A stretch of 61,971 nucleotides of DNA, filler included, from Sphacelaria rigidula (taxonomy: Eukaryota): NCBI GenBank assembly GCA_964200075.2. It is 7 parts of 7 records of this genome, joined end to end, with 100 filler letters (N's around TTAATTAATTAA, not from the genome) between each part and the next. Parts side by side here need not be neighbours in the genome. Positions count along the whole stretch, not along the records: positions 35,475 to 44,240 come from CAXNAA020010158.1; positions 44,341 to 53,106 come from CAXNAA020010159.1; 5 more parts are not named here. One strand, given 5' to 3'. Positions 38,108-50,270 of this stretch are shown here, piece after piece. Under the pieces are notes generated by a model that made no database searches, was not told where the DNA came from, and saw nothing but the letters and a program-made list of their open reading frames with translations. Position numbers and translations under genes: made by a program. How positions within the stretch are numbered: position 1 is the first letter of the stretch; each line of letters opens with the position of its first letter.

Positions 38108-39666
38108 AAAATCAACGGAAGTAACATTAGGGTTCTGTATATGAATTTCGGATTCATGTCGTTCTCTTCCGATGACGTAAGGCGTATTTTACCCGACGGG
38201 CCTAGATAAGCCCCAAAAGTCGATATGTTCGTGTCATTTCGTGGATTCGGTCGGTGACACTTTTTTTGCCCATTTTGGGAGGTCAGGCGCGCCCATAACT
38301 GTCCGAATGCAGTGATTTGACTAAGTGGACATCATATCTGCAACAGCGATTGGGATGCACGACAAGGATTTGCTTGATCCTGGGCGGGGATATTGCGCCT
38401 TGTAGTGTATCATGCATTTCACCACAGTTCGATTTGAAGGCGGTTGTTGTTATCCACTCTCGGGTTTTTTTCACATTATCACCGAGATGACGACATGATG
38501 GGAACTCTCCCTTCATGTGAGAGCGATCTTTGACATGAAATTCAGATGTTTCCAAGCATGTGCTGTCGCCACGAAAAAGGTCAAGGGCCGGATAGATATA
38601 CAAACATTTATCTTTCATGGATCATGGCATACGACGGGTTCTATTTGGTAGTTTATTTTCTTGATCTTGGATATCCGGCCATATGTTCATGAGATACTTT
38701 TGAAAAACATGTCTCAAGTTTTGACATTTTGTGCTCCCGAATATGGCGAGATTATATGGGGTCAGGGGGGCAAATCATGTCGGAAGTGATTTTCCTTTAT
38801 TACTTTTTAATTTTCTTGCTGAGTCCCCCATGTTCTCCGGCACTTCCATCGTGAGATAAGTATGTTTTTCTTGGGAGATTTTGGGAAAATACGTGGAGAG
38901 ATTTGATACTTTATGCTCCCGAAAATAGTGAGATCATGTGGGGTCAGGAGGGCACATGATTCAGGAGGCAATGCTCCTTGATGATTTTATTTTTTATTGC
39001 TGAATCTTCCATGTGTCGCGGCATTTGTGTTTTTAATTTGCCTGATCTCATGGGATGGAACTACGACGTTTTTGTGTGATATGAGTAAGTTTCAGCCTCA
39101 ACGTGGGGGGCTAATTGACCATCGTCGAGCTGTTCAATAGTGCGTGTGTACGTGGATTCATTCGGGTACATGCGGTGCAGATTGACGTAATATCATGTGT
39201 ACCGGATTCGGAGTGTGTTATGACCTGATGTGTTTCACATGAGATAACCCGGCTTGCGGTCCTACCTCACACGGTCAGTTGTGTTTTAGGGTGCATTTAA
39301 GGCATTACATTTCGGGTGGAGAGAGCAGCTCGGGTGGAGCGTGCACGGTTGATGTTTGGTGAGTGAAGGCTGTAAGGGTTTAACACAAGAAGAAGGTATA
39401 CACATTCCCCTGTCCAGAGGGCGTCCCCTACGGGATAGTCCCTTTATCAAATTTGAGTAGCCGAGCAGCCTAGACCCCGACAGCACAGCAGCAGCATGCT
39501 ATTCGATACCTCGTACAGATGGGACCTAGTTGACGTTGTTTCCTCTGCAGGTCATGTAGTTTGATAGACGGTGAGGCAATGAAGAAGGAGTGTCCGGGGA
39601 GCACACCGCCAGTCCTCGACGCAAACATAATTGGTTTCTCAAATTGCACCGCCCCTAGGTTCCACC

Positions 39667-39877
39667 TGTCATGCGTGAGAGGACCGCGTGCTTAGGCGAC
39701 CGCGCCGTAGTTCAAAACACCTCAGGATCGATGTTTTTCGAAACCAATCGGGTCAGTCCGTGGAGGTACCACGCCCCTGACCATAACCCTAACGCTAACC
39801 CTGACCCTAACCCTAACCATAGGGACGTTCAAATTCCGATGCGGTCCTCTAAGCACGCGGTCCTCTCACGCACTACA
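39667..39877 (+). mobile_element. 211-bp MITE with ~37-bp TIRs, 5-bp TSD CCACC and internal (CCCTAA)-like repeats, copy 1
   Basis: ccacc|TGTcatgcgtgagaggaccgcgtgcttag...ctaagcacgcggtcctctcacgcactACA|ccacc. Confidence 0.92.
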
Positions 39878-40232
39878 CCACCGCTGTGTAACGGTCACAA
39901 AGCAATGTTTGTTGCATATAACAAGCCAAACAAACACTCTCGCTGGTTTTTCTTCATCTCCAACAAGCCATTAATACTTGAACATCGCAAACACAAAAGT
40001 ACCCAACCAATCACAACTTTTCAGAAATATTACGGTGACATCCATTTTTTGGGATGAAAAAGCGAAATATTCCCAATCAAGGGAGTATGTGTTTCGTGGA
40101 TGCGAAATAATTTCTAATCGCATCATTGAATTAAATTGAACCACACATGAATCATGTTACATGTGTAATGACGAGCACCGAACAGAAACGGAATGGATCA
40201 GGACTCGAGACGTCTGTACTGCTGATACCGAA

Positions 40233-40410
40233 CATCGAAGTGATTGTCATTTAACACGCTGAGAGGGTGGTAGGCAGACGTAGTAGCAGGCGTGCAGAAC
40301 GGCGGCCTGAACACCTAGCCATCTCACTGTTCGATTGCAGGCAGAGCGAGTGTTGAAGGTGGTACACCTGGAACACGTACTTTGCGCTATGAGCAGTCGG
40401 AGAGAGGTCG
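40233..40410 (+). repeat. ~178-bp direct repeat, second copy at 41041-41218
   Basis: catcgaag.gattgtcatttaacacgctgagag.gt.gtaggcagacgtagtagcaggcgtgcagaacggc ... gagcagtcggagagaggtcg occurs in both copies. Confidence 0.9.
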
Positions 40411-41263
40411 AATCGCTTATGGTTAGCGAGGGCTGGCGCATCTTGCGGTACAGATACAGCCCGTACGATAACAGAAATTTGTTTGGGTACAACGGTGGAG
40501 ACAACCAGGCAAAGGACAACAGACAGCTGACATAGACGTTCACTTATCTCACCTGCGGGTGCGATCCTGTGCGTTTGAGCGCCGCCTCCTTGGGAAGATA
40601 CACGAGTACAGTTGGTGCTTATGAAAATGCCGATCGATGCTGAGTACATACATTTTTCTAGCTCCACTGCTGCTACTGTACTTTGCGGTAGCAGTCAAAC
40701 GAAGGGAAATTAAGCCTAGACCAGATCCGGACAACGAATACCCTAGTGGAATCTTGTTGAACCATCCGCGCGGAAGAGTCTCGGGTACAAGTAGCGCAGG
40801 TGTACCACAGTACACTATCCACCAAAACCCCAGAATAAATCACGTCGAAGAATGATAACTCAGAAGAAATAGTTCACCTCAGTTTCACTATATAACGACC
40901 AGCACCGATGAACTCGGTGCCCACGGATTTGAGCTGAAGCAAAGCACACATTGCCTAGAGAAACCCGTCTGTCTTCTTAGAGAAACCTGTCTGTCTTGGG
41001 TTGCGGTTGGGGTTTCCCTTAGGTTGGGGTTGGGGTTGACCATCGAAGCGATTGTCATTTAACACGCTGAGAGAGTAGTAGGCAGACGTAGTAGCAGGCG
41101 TGCAGAACGGCAGCCTGAACATCCAGCCATCTTACAGTTCGATTGCAGGAAGTACGAGTGTTGGAAGTGGTACATCTGAAACACGTACTTTGCGCTGTGA
41201 GCAGTCGGAGAGAGGTCGCATCGTTCTTCTAAGTTTATACCGTACTTTGTACTGGGCCGTGAC

Positions 41264-41474
41264 TGTAATGCGTGAGAGGACCGCGGGCTTAGAGGACCGC
41301 ATCGGAATTTGAACATCCCTATGGTTAGGGTTAGGGTCAGGGTTAGTGTTGGGGTTATAGTCAGGGACGTGGTACGTGCAGGGACTGGCCCGATTGGTTT
41401 CCAAAAACCTCGATCCTGAGGTGTTTTGAACTACGGCGCGGTCCTCTAAGCACGCGGTCTTCTCACGCATTACA
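41264..41474 (-). mobile_element. 211-bp MITE, copy 2, TSD GTGAC
   Basis: gtgac|TGTaatgcgtgagagg...cacgcattACA|gtgac, internal ggttagggttagggtcagggttag. Confidence 0.93.
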
Positions 41475-41861
41475 GTGACCGTGAGCAGGTATCGTTTGTC
41501 TACATTTATACTGTACTTTGTACTGGGAGCAGTCTGCGTACTGATTGAAGAACAGGCTGACGCCCTGAGCACCGGCGGCACCGGTGCCCTTGATGACATC
41601 GCGGGCCAGGAAGAGTACGAACGAGAACAAGAGGAAGTCGCACCGGATGTGGATACAGTCGCCAGGCGACAGATAGAGGAGCTCAGCCGCAAAGTGCGCA
41701 CCATACGGGGCGAGAACGATCAAGAGATGTCAGTTTGCGCAACGGAAACCGACAGTCTTTAGCACAGGTCCTGAAACAGCTGTCCGGATTGAAGGACGCC
41801 CCCCCCCAACCATCACACCGCTGCGCCGCCGCAATCGTCGGCGGCTGCCTGGTAGCAGCAT

Positions 41862-42090
41862 TGTAATGCGTGAGAGGATCGCGTGCTTAGAGGACCGCAT
41901 TGGAATTTGAACATCCCTATGGTTAGGGATAGGGTTAGGGTTAGGGTTAGGGTAGGGGTTAGTGTTGGGGTTAGGGTCAGGGGCGTGGTACCTGCAGGGA
42001 CTGACCCGATTAGTTTTCAAAAACGTCGATCCTAAGGTATTTTGAACTACGACGCGGTCCTCTAGGCACGCGGTCCCCTCACGCATTACA
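41862..42090 (-). mobile_element. 229-bp MITE, copy 3 (three extra telomere-like hexamers), TSD AGCAT/AGCAC
   Basis: agcat|TGTaatgcgtgagagg...cacgcattACA|agcac, with a longer ttaggg tract. Confidence 0.92.
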
Positions 42091-43078
42091 AGCACAACCC
42101 ATTCGTGCAACAGTTCCCATCGCCCGAGCAGCAGCCAGCATACAGCCCCTTCACCATGCCAGCTGCCTTCGCCGTAGTCGCGGGATCATTCGTCGGGAGT
42201 AGACGTCACCAGCCCGCATTCGCGACCGGGCTACTGGCATCATCATCATCATCATCTCCGTACTCTGCTGCTGGTCCTCCACACTCGGGTTTCGAGGGTG
42301 TCGAGGGGAATTGACGGAGGAATTACGCCTCCAGAGAAAAGCCCAGCACAGGACACGAGTGGACGCTTGGAAGAAAAGACAAACGCGGATGATATAGGCG
42401 TTGCGCGGGAGAATGCCACACGCAATGACGAAGAGCGAACTGCAGGGCCTTATGGGCGACATCCTTCTCGTTACTACCAACGCTTCACCGCCCTGTTGGA
42501 AATGGGTGGGTTCAACGTGATGAATTTTGCTTCGCGTAGCTGATATTACTCGTCAATGCCTATCTCGATCGTCGACCGCCTGGCGCTGGTGAAGCACGGA
42601 ATAGCAAAACTGTTACGTGCCGGCCTTGAGGCTAGCCACCCTCAGGCTGAAGGAGGGTCGGCTACATGCAACCAGAGCATATCCCAGCTGGAAGCGGCGT
42701 TTGACAAGGTATTGCAGACATTTCGCATGTATACGATGACCCGCGCTGCGCTGGTCGAAGAAACATCTGCAATATTCCAGAAAATGATCAACACGGACCT
42801 GCGGGGATGGACAGAGGCCATGACCAACGAGTCCAATTTTTTCCTGGCTCAACACGACTCGCCCCCGCCATCAGCAGCAAATATCCCTATGATGCTAATC
42901 CCAACCTTCCCGACTCTGCAACTTTGTCTTAATTCTGGACATATGTTGGTGGAGGAGAATGTCGAGCAAGACCGCAGAGAACGGAGTGCCCCAACTGGCG
43001 GTGGGACTGGCCCAAGAAAACGGACGGCGACAACACCGGCCGCAAAGCGGGACCTCACTTGTTTCAAGTGGTTGGACG

Positions 43079-43289
43079 TGTAATGCGTGAGAGGATCGCG
43101 TGCTTAGAGGACCGCATGAGAATTTGAACATCATTATGGTGAGGGTTAGGGTTAGGGTCAGTGTTAGGGTTTCGGTCAGGGGCGTGGTACCTCAAGGGAT
43201 TGACCCGATTGGTGTTGAAAAACGTCGACCCTGAGGTGTTTTGAATCACGACGCGGTCGTTCAAGCACACGGTCCTCTCAAGCATTACA
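43079..43289 (-). mobile_element. 211-bp MITE, copy 4, TSD GGACG
   Basis: ggacg|TGTaatgcgtgagagg...caagcattACA|ggacg. Confidence 0.92.
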
Positions 43290-44240
43290 GGACGGAAAAT
43301 GCGGGCTCACCGAGGAGCAGTGTAAATACCGCCACGTCGAAGGTTTGGTCCAGACAGAGGGGGCCCGTCGTTCGGCACCAGCGAGGGCCGGAGCCAGTAA
43401 TAGTGGACGAGGGGACGGTACTCAGGATCGTGATGCACAGGCGGGTAGGGGTGCGGGAACGACGAGCCAAACTTCCGCGGCACGTACGTCCCCCGGAGGT
43501 CGGGGTACCGCCCGTGGAGGAGGACCAACGGCAGCGACCGGTGGGAATGCACCGCCGACATCTGGATAGGGGTGCGGGCTCCACCGAGGATCGATGGGGC
43601 CAACGGTGTCGGATGCGGGGCGCCGCGTTACGGATAGACGTCGAGAGGGCTTGAGGGAGCTAGCTCGAGACGCGTTGGCGCAAGCAGACCACACTATTGG
43701 CGAACGCGAGCCGCTTGTGCCAGGATCATTGGGGATGCAAAACTCTGGTGTGTGTTGTTCGAATACTATCCCATTGCCAGACGACTATTCCGCGGATAAC
43801 GCAGTTTCGGCTGAGATTCTTGACTTGATTGCACAATGGAAGCACCAAGTTGGTTGATTGCAGGGATGATCGGTATGGTTTAAAACAATTGCGAGTGATA
43901 GCACGTATGGGGTCTGAACTCTTAGCAATAACGGGGTGAAATATTGGTGATTCGGCGAATATCACTGGGTTTTCGCAACTTGCACCGCATAGAGGGAGGA
44001 GTACCAATTAAGGTACAGAGCCAATTAAGATACAAGTGTTTTTAATCGTTCATATCTCCGTGAAACATTAACCGTTTTCCGTTCTGTTTTTTTCTGCGTG
44101 TGCACAAGAGCACGGCGCTTTGTTTGAGCTATTGTATGTGTCTCAAGCATCCGATTACGTAGTCTTACATCACTGCGAGTAAGCGCGTATGTGTCATCCT
44201 CCAAAATCAGCTTTTTGGTCGATCGGCTGCTAAGCATGCA

Positions 44241-44340
44241 NNNNNNNNNNNNNNNNNNNNNNNNNNNNNNNNNNNNNNNNNNNNTTAATTAATTAANNNN
44301 NNNNNNNNNNNNNNNNNNNNNNNNNNNNNNNNNNNNNNNN
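44241..44340. other. Artificial 100-nt contig spacer
   Basis: N44-TTAATTAATTAA-N44. Confidence 0.98.
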
Positions 44341-44359
44341 CCCCCCCCGCTATCGTAGG

Positions 44360-47300
44360 ATGACTCCTGATTTGAACTTGACCACATCGGATCATGTAAT
44401 TCTCAATCAGTTGGATCGAGCTCCTTCCCCGCGATTTTCAACACGCACGGACCTACCTTCGGCCGGTTCTAATAGCAACCGCCCCAACATATTTTTGGCT
44501 ATGACCCAACAGCCAAGCTTGCCTACGGAAAGCAGCCCACAACTTTCGCTCCATCATGCCCCGATGCTGACCCCATCCACGCAACTGGACGCAGTTGTGG
44601 TTTCATCCCAAAATGTTTTGGAAGTTCCCCGACCTTTGTCACGGCGAAAGAGAAAGCCCCGTAAGCATGCCCCCCAAGGACGCGCGCGCATCATTACGTA
44701 CACCTCTTTCAAGCGGAAATCCTCGACCTCAATCTCTCCAAAATGCGACGACTTTGAGTTCGACGGCTCTATTAAGTATCCCGGAAGAAACAAAATCAAC
44801 TAATTCTGACGGCACTACTTCATCAATCGACGACTACAGCCCCGCACATTCTGGATCCCCCTTGGACGGTGATCTCTGTCAACCAAGGACGATCATTTAC
44901 GAAATCGCCAATGGTCACTCTGATCGTGCCACACCTGGAGACAATATACCGTCCACCCCCTTCTCTGGTGAGACATCTGACCCAACGGCGGATCACCTGC
45001 CGTGCGTTTTTGCTGTCAGCCCCGCTGATCCTGACCAGTTTACCTTGCCGGAACACGGTCCGGATCTTGTCGGCGGTAAAGTGTCTGTAGATCCGGCCAC
45101 TTTTACTACTCGCGTTGCGATCCATTCCGGTCCAAACGCTACCACGCCTACGAAATGCGTATCCTTCTTGGACAGCAGCAGCCCGCGAACATTTACTCGA
45201 GAATCAACATGGAAACACATGAAACAAACTGGCACTGCTACTGCAGCTTGCGAAACCACCACCAAACCTCGCGTGTGGGGCGGTTTCGGTGATTCTGCCG
45301 CACCACTGACGACACGTAAATCCGTACGTCTCAGTGTACAATTTTTCCACAAAACCACTCGATCTGCCAGCCTGGCAGTCTGGGCATACATTGTCCCCGA
45401 CAGCACAATGTATCACGCCATATTATTGGGCAGAGATAGCTGTATGCGGTTTAATAAACGCACCTACCGCACACGCGTCCACCACTAACGCCACATTCCA
45501 AGCCTTGTGGAGAATTCAACCTCGAGCACTTCGGTACTCTCCACGGCGCCCTGGCCTACCAGAAGAATCCTCAAGCAACCGGGGCTGCTTACCACCTACG
45601 ATACAACGGTAGCGTTGGTATTACACTCTCCGACGACCCCCAACTTTTAGAAGTTGCACTAGTTCGCCGAAATGGCATGCCAGCACTTATGGACCATTAT
45701 CTTGCCGAAATTGTTACCCCGTATTGGCGCACCAGCCGACACAGAACATTTTTGTGTCGGCGGGACAACAACTCCTCCCTCTTACGGGTCATGCTAACTT
45801 GGAACCCGGCGATGGTTTTAGGAATCGCCGCTGCTCCCCTGATGCACATCCCACTCGAGACGTGCGAAACAGAGCCTGCCGCGCCAAACGCCACATATAC
45901 GGCGGAGTCAGTCCATTGTCTCGATGAACCCTATTTCGACCTCGCCTCCGCGACTCCACCCCAGGTCCAGACCGTGGATCCTGCCCAGTCAAATTCCGAT
46001 CCTCCTGCTGAGGTGCTTCAACGCTCATCACCAGATTCTCGGAATAGTTTATCGCACATGTGGAACCAACTGCCGCCACACATGCGCGACATCAATTTTG
46101 ACCTTTATGGGCCCGGCTGGGAACCGGCAGTCATCCGAGAACTCAGTGATGTTCTGCTATAGTACCAAGACCGATTTTCCAGATCCAAGACGGATCTTGG
46201 GCATTGCAAAAGACTACCCTTTGAGGTTACCCTTCAACCCGGCGTCTCACCGATTTCTTCTCCGCCATACCGCACAAACCCAATCCTTACCGAAAAAGTT
46301 AACTCCATCTTGGATGCGTATTTGCGAGCGGGATTAATACAACATTCCTCCTCCCCTTGGGCCTCGCCCCTTGTGGTCGTCCCCCAAAAGGATGGAAACA
46401 TACGCATAACCGTGAATTATCAACGGTTGAAACGCGTCACTGTAGTCGGCATACTTCCGATTCCCCGCATTGATGAAGTCTTCGACTCCTTGGGCGAGGG
46501 CAAAGTATTCAGCACCTTCGACCCTGACACAGTCCCACTGACGGCTTCTTGTACCTCGTCCGGACTCTATGAGTGACTTCGGGTGCCACAAGGCGCCGCC
46601 ACTGCCCCGGGATGCTTCCAACGCTTAATGCAATGAGTCACCGTGGGCCTCGAGTACATCATCATGTACCTGGATGACGCCATCGCTTTCGATGCCTCAC
46701 CCATTGCACATATCTGCACTCTACGAGAATTTCTCTCTCGCCTACGCACGCACGATTTGAAACTGTCTCCATCCAAAGCTCGCCTTGGTGCGACTGACTT
46801 GGATTTTGGGGGGAATTCCATTTCGCCATCAGGCCTGCATCTGGATACAAACAAAGCCAAGGCCATGACTGATTTGCCGATGCCAACTAACATTTCTCAA
46901 CTTCACTTATTGTTGAGCGGGCTATCCCACTACCGCAAAATTTTGCCGCACTTACCTAAACGGATTCGCCCCCTTACTGAGTTACTCAAGGAAGGAGCTG
47001 TGGTTTCCTTCACAACCGAAATGGAGAATATGACCCGCGAAATACTCAAGACGCTTACCGAGAAGCCGGTACTCTGCTTTCCTGATTGGGAGGCAGTACA
47101 AGATGGCTCCCGCCTTTTCCAACCCCACACTGACGCCAGCACAAACGGATTTGGAGGAGTTTTGAATCAATCTTAGCTTGATGTCTCCGTCCGACCCATC
47201 CTCTATATCAGCCGCGCTATCGTGCCCAACGAGCCCGCTAGAACTGGAAGGCGGAGTAATCACTTGGACCATCAAGCGCCTTCGACAATACCTGTTTCAC

Positions 47301-50270
47301 GTGCCCTTTGAGATCTACACGGATCACGGAGCACTCTAACAACTCGCCAAGGTTGGCGACCACAACCCGCGTGTACAACGATGGTTGGAGTTTCGAACAG
47401 CATAGCAGTATACCATTAAGTACCGTCCAGGAAAAACCAACGGAAACGCTGATCTTCTTTCTCGCCTACCTCTGTCGCCTACGGCCGCAGATTGCAGCTT
47501 GGCTTGCCGTTGAACGGAACCCGACAAACCTGGAATTCACGCGATTAGACGATTTTCAACGCCCGTTTACGCCCTCGACCTCCAGTGCCCGGAAACTGGT
47601 ATGCATATGGGAGGACCTCGCCTTCTACCATATGACGCCGTCTTCGATGGGTTAAAGCCCCCCACTTTCGATTTGTCGATTTCCGCACTTTCGTTACTCG
47701 CGCGAAACTCTTCGCGAAGACACCTCCAGTCACCCACCTTGTCTCCGACAACATGCGCTCCCGGTCTGCCGCCCGCACAACACCGTGTGCCCCGCCGCCA
47801 CGGATAACACCTGCAACCCCTACGAGCTACCCAGCACAACTTCAACGGACCAACACGCAACGCTCCGCGACAACTTCTGCACCGTGCACCACGCGCCGCG
47901 GACAATCTTCGCCGCGCACTAATACAGCCCCGCCGCCCACCACGGCGCCGCCAACATTTACCGCTCCCGAGCACGGCACTGACGACTTAGCTCCGGCCTC
48001 CGGGACAGATATTGACGTCGGCATTCCTGCCCCGTCGCCTATTCCCCCGCCGCCTGCCCCGCCATGTTTGGTTGGCTCGCCAGCGGAAGGTTAACTACGC
48101 GAGTTTCTCGCCAGCTACTCCCACCGTGATTGGGCTCGCGAACAAAACGCAGAACCGATATGTCGCGCAGCCATCTGGTACTTACAACTCGACTGTCCAG
48201 TCCCTTTTCCATCCACACTTCTGGCCCCGGTTGGCACACTGCCACCACCAGTTATTTCTGACGTATACGAGCTCGTGCGTAAAGGCACCCTTTTTACTAC
48301 GGATGAAGATGTGCAACAACTCGTGCGTCGGCCCACGTTTTTGACAGGCGCAATTGCCGCCTCAACCACGGGACGCACCGCATGACTACTCAATGACGAA
48401 CCAACGCGCATATATGTGCCATTATTAATGCGCCCCTGGGTCATGAAAGGCTGCCACACAGACTTGTCATGTCACCTTGGCGTCATCCGCACTCTCGCGC
48501 TCTTCGAACGCTTCTACTGGTGGGTTCGCATGGAAATTTCAACCCGCTTCTGGATTCGGCGATGCTTCCAATGCCAAGCTCGAAAATATTCACGACAGAC
48601 AGTACGCTGGCCCGTCATCTCTATGAAACTCCCCAACGAGCCCAGCCACTTTGTTGTGTCCTTTGATTACTTTGGCGTTCTACCGACCACAGGTCGCGGC
48701 AACACCTACATCTTACTCTTCACTGACCGCTTCAGCCGCCACGCGTCCATGTACGCGGTAACCGCCGCGGATTTCACTGCCGGCGGAACGGCCGACATAC
48801 TGGTTCACGATTACATCAAGCATTACGGTTGCCCAAAGCGACTACTTTCAGACAATGGTCAGTAATTTTGCTCAGATTTCTCTGATGAGATTTACAAGCT
48901 CCTGGGCATCCGCAAAATTGCCACGAGCGCCTACCACCCGAACGGTAATGGTGGTACCGAAAGAGTGAATCACACCATGGCCCAGATGCTCTCTATGGTT
49001 GTCAATGACCGCCAAAATGACTGGGACTTACATCTCTCGCACATCATGTTGTCCTACAACAACTCGGTTGATGCCGCCACAGGCCTTTCTCCGAACGAAC
49101 TTCATCTTGGACGTTACCCTCGGCTGCCTATCACCGTGTTTGAGCGACACACGTTCGACGGCCACCAAGGATTGAATCAGGATCAGATATCCTACCACGA
49201 GCTAGCGCACGCGCGACAACGCAAAGCGTTTACCCTCGTGCGCGAACAACACGCTACCAACGCCTCGCGCCTAGAGATATCTAACACTGCTCTCTACAAC
49301 CTCATGCACAAATGCCCTGACTGGAAAGTTGGTAATTGGGTTTGGATCTACAATAGTTTGTCGACCATCCGCCAAGGCACCTGCAAGGCAGCCAACGAAA
49401 CAATTTTGAAGACAAAACTGTGCCTCAATTGGACAGGACCATTCAAGATCCTGACAGTCGGACCTCGTCATCATCACCGGATGAAAAACCCGTTGGTGAC
49501 AAACTGCTCTATCTCAACTTGCCTCGTGACTTCCAGGGCAAGAACACCAAACCCCACGTCTCCGTGCATAGATGTAAACCCTGCACGGACCCGCATGATA
49601 CAAGTGACATGCCCAAGTACCTGCCTGCCGGACTCACACAGTATGTTCTCAATAGCTACTCGACCAAGTCCCCGTCCTACCACGTTACAACCGACGACGT
49701 GACGGAACAGCCCCTTCGATTGAAAGTGTCCTCCAGCTCCGACTACCAGATAACCCGTGGCTGAGGAGGCAAAATCGCTGTCATGTATAAGACACACTGG
49801 CACGGTTCTTGGAGAGCGTCTTGGGAACGCGAATCCGACCTGCAATCGCACCGCCGTGCAATCCTCCTTTACTGGACGCGATCCCAACATCAGCATCTTG
49901 CTCACAACGAGAAATATCGCAACATGCGCCGTGGCGCAGCAGCCCGCAAACTTCACCGCAATCAGGGACTACGCTTCGTCGCAGATGGTTACAAACTTGT
50001 ACCCACCAAGACTTGTAAGACGAAGTTCTTCGCGAACCAGCGACTCACGCCCAAGGGCAGCTACCTTTGGTTCAAAGGCAGCGACAACCTCTGGTAGTTG
50101 GGTCAGACCCACTCCGATAACCTGGTTTCCGCCGACACATACATCGCGCGCTTCATCGATGACCCTGAACCCATACAGCTCAAGCTTCGGCCAGCACTTT
50201 ACACCACCAGCCCATCTGCGCCACGCGGATCCTGGTGCCTCTAGCGCCTCAAGTCGAAAGGACTTTGCCG
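44360..50270 (+). mobile_element. Degenerate Ty3/Gypsy LTR retrotransposon pol (PR-RT-RNaseH-IN-chromo-like), with many stops and frameshifts
   Basis: Protease: FLDSSS...ILLGRD. RT: SPWASPLVVV, PIPRIDE, YLDD. RNase H: HTDAS..GFGGVL. Integrase: H...HLG, CFQCQ, DRFS, SDNG, NGGTERVN, WTGPF. Chromo-like: YKTHWHG...SWERESDL. The domain order RT-RH-IN is Ty3/Gypsy. Confidence 0.95.

Larger units (their letters stand above)
41500..43700 (+). pseudogene. Disrupted gag-like/CCCH zinc-finger ORF, probably a retroelement relic
   Basis: Coding-like fragments (acidic coiled coil EEYEREQEE...IEELSRKVR; helical 175-aa ORF 42556-43083). Removing MITE copy 4 and one TSD restores CFKWLDGKCGLTEEQCKYRH (C-x7-C-x6-C-x3-H) followed by a Gly/Arg-rich tail. 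Confidence 0.55.

Noticed and set aside
41920-41985. True telomere or chromosome-end fusion
   Set aside because: The TTAGGG-like tracts are short, degenerate and internal to MITEs with TSDs.
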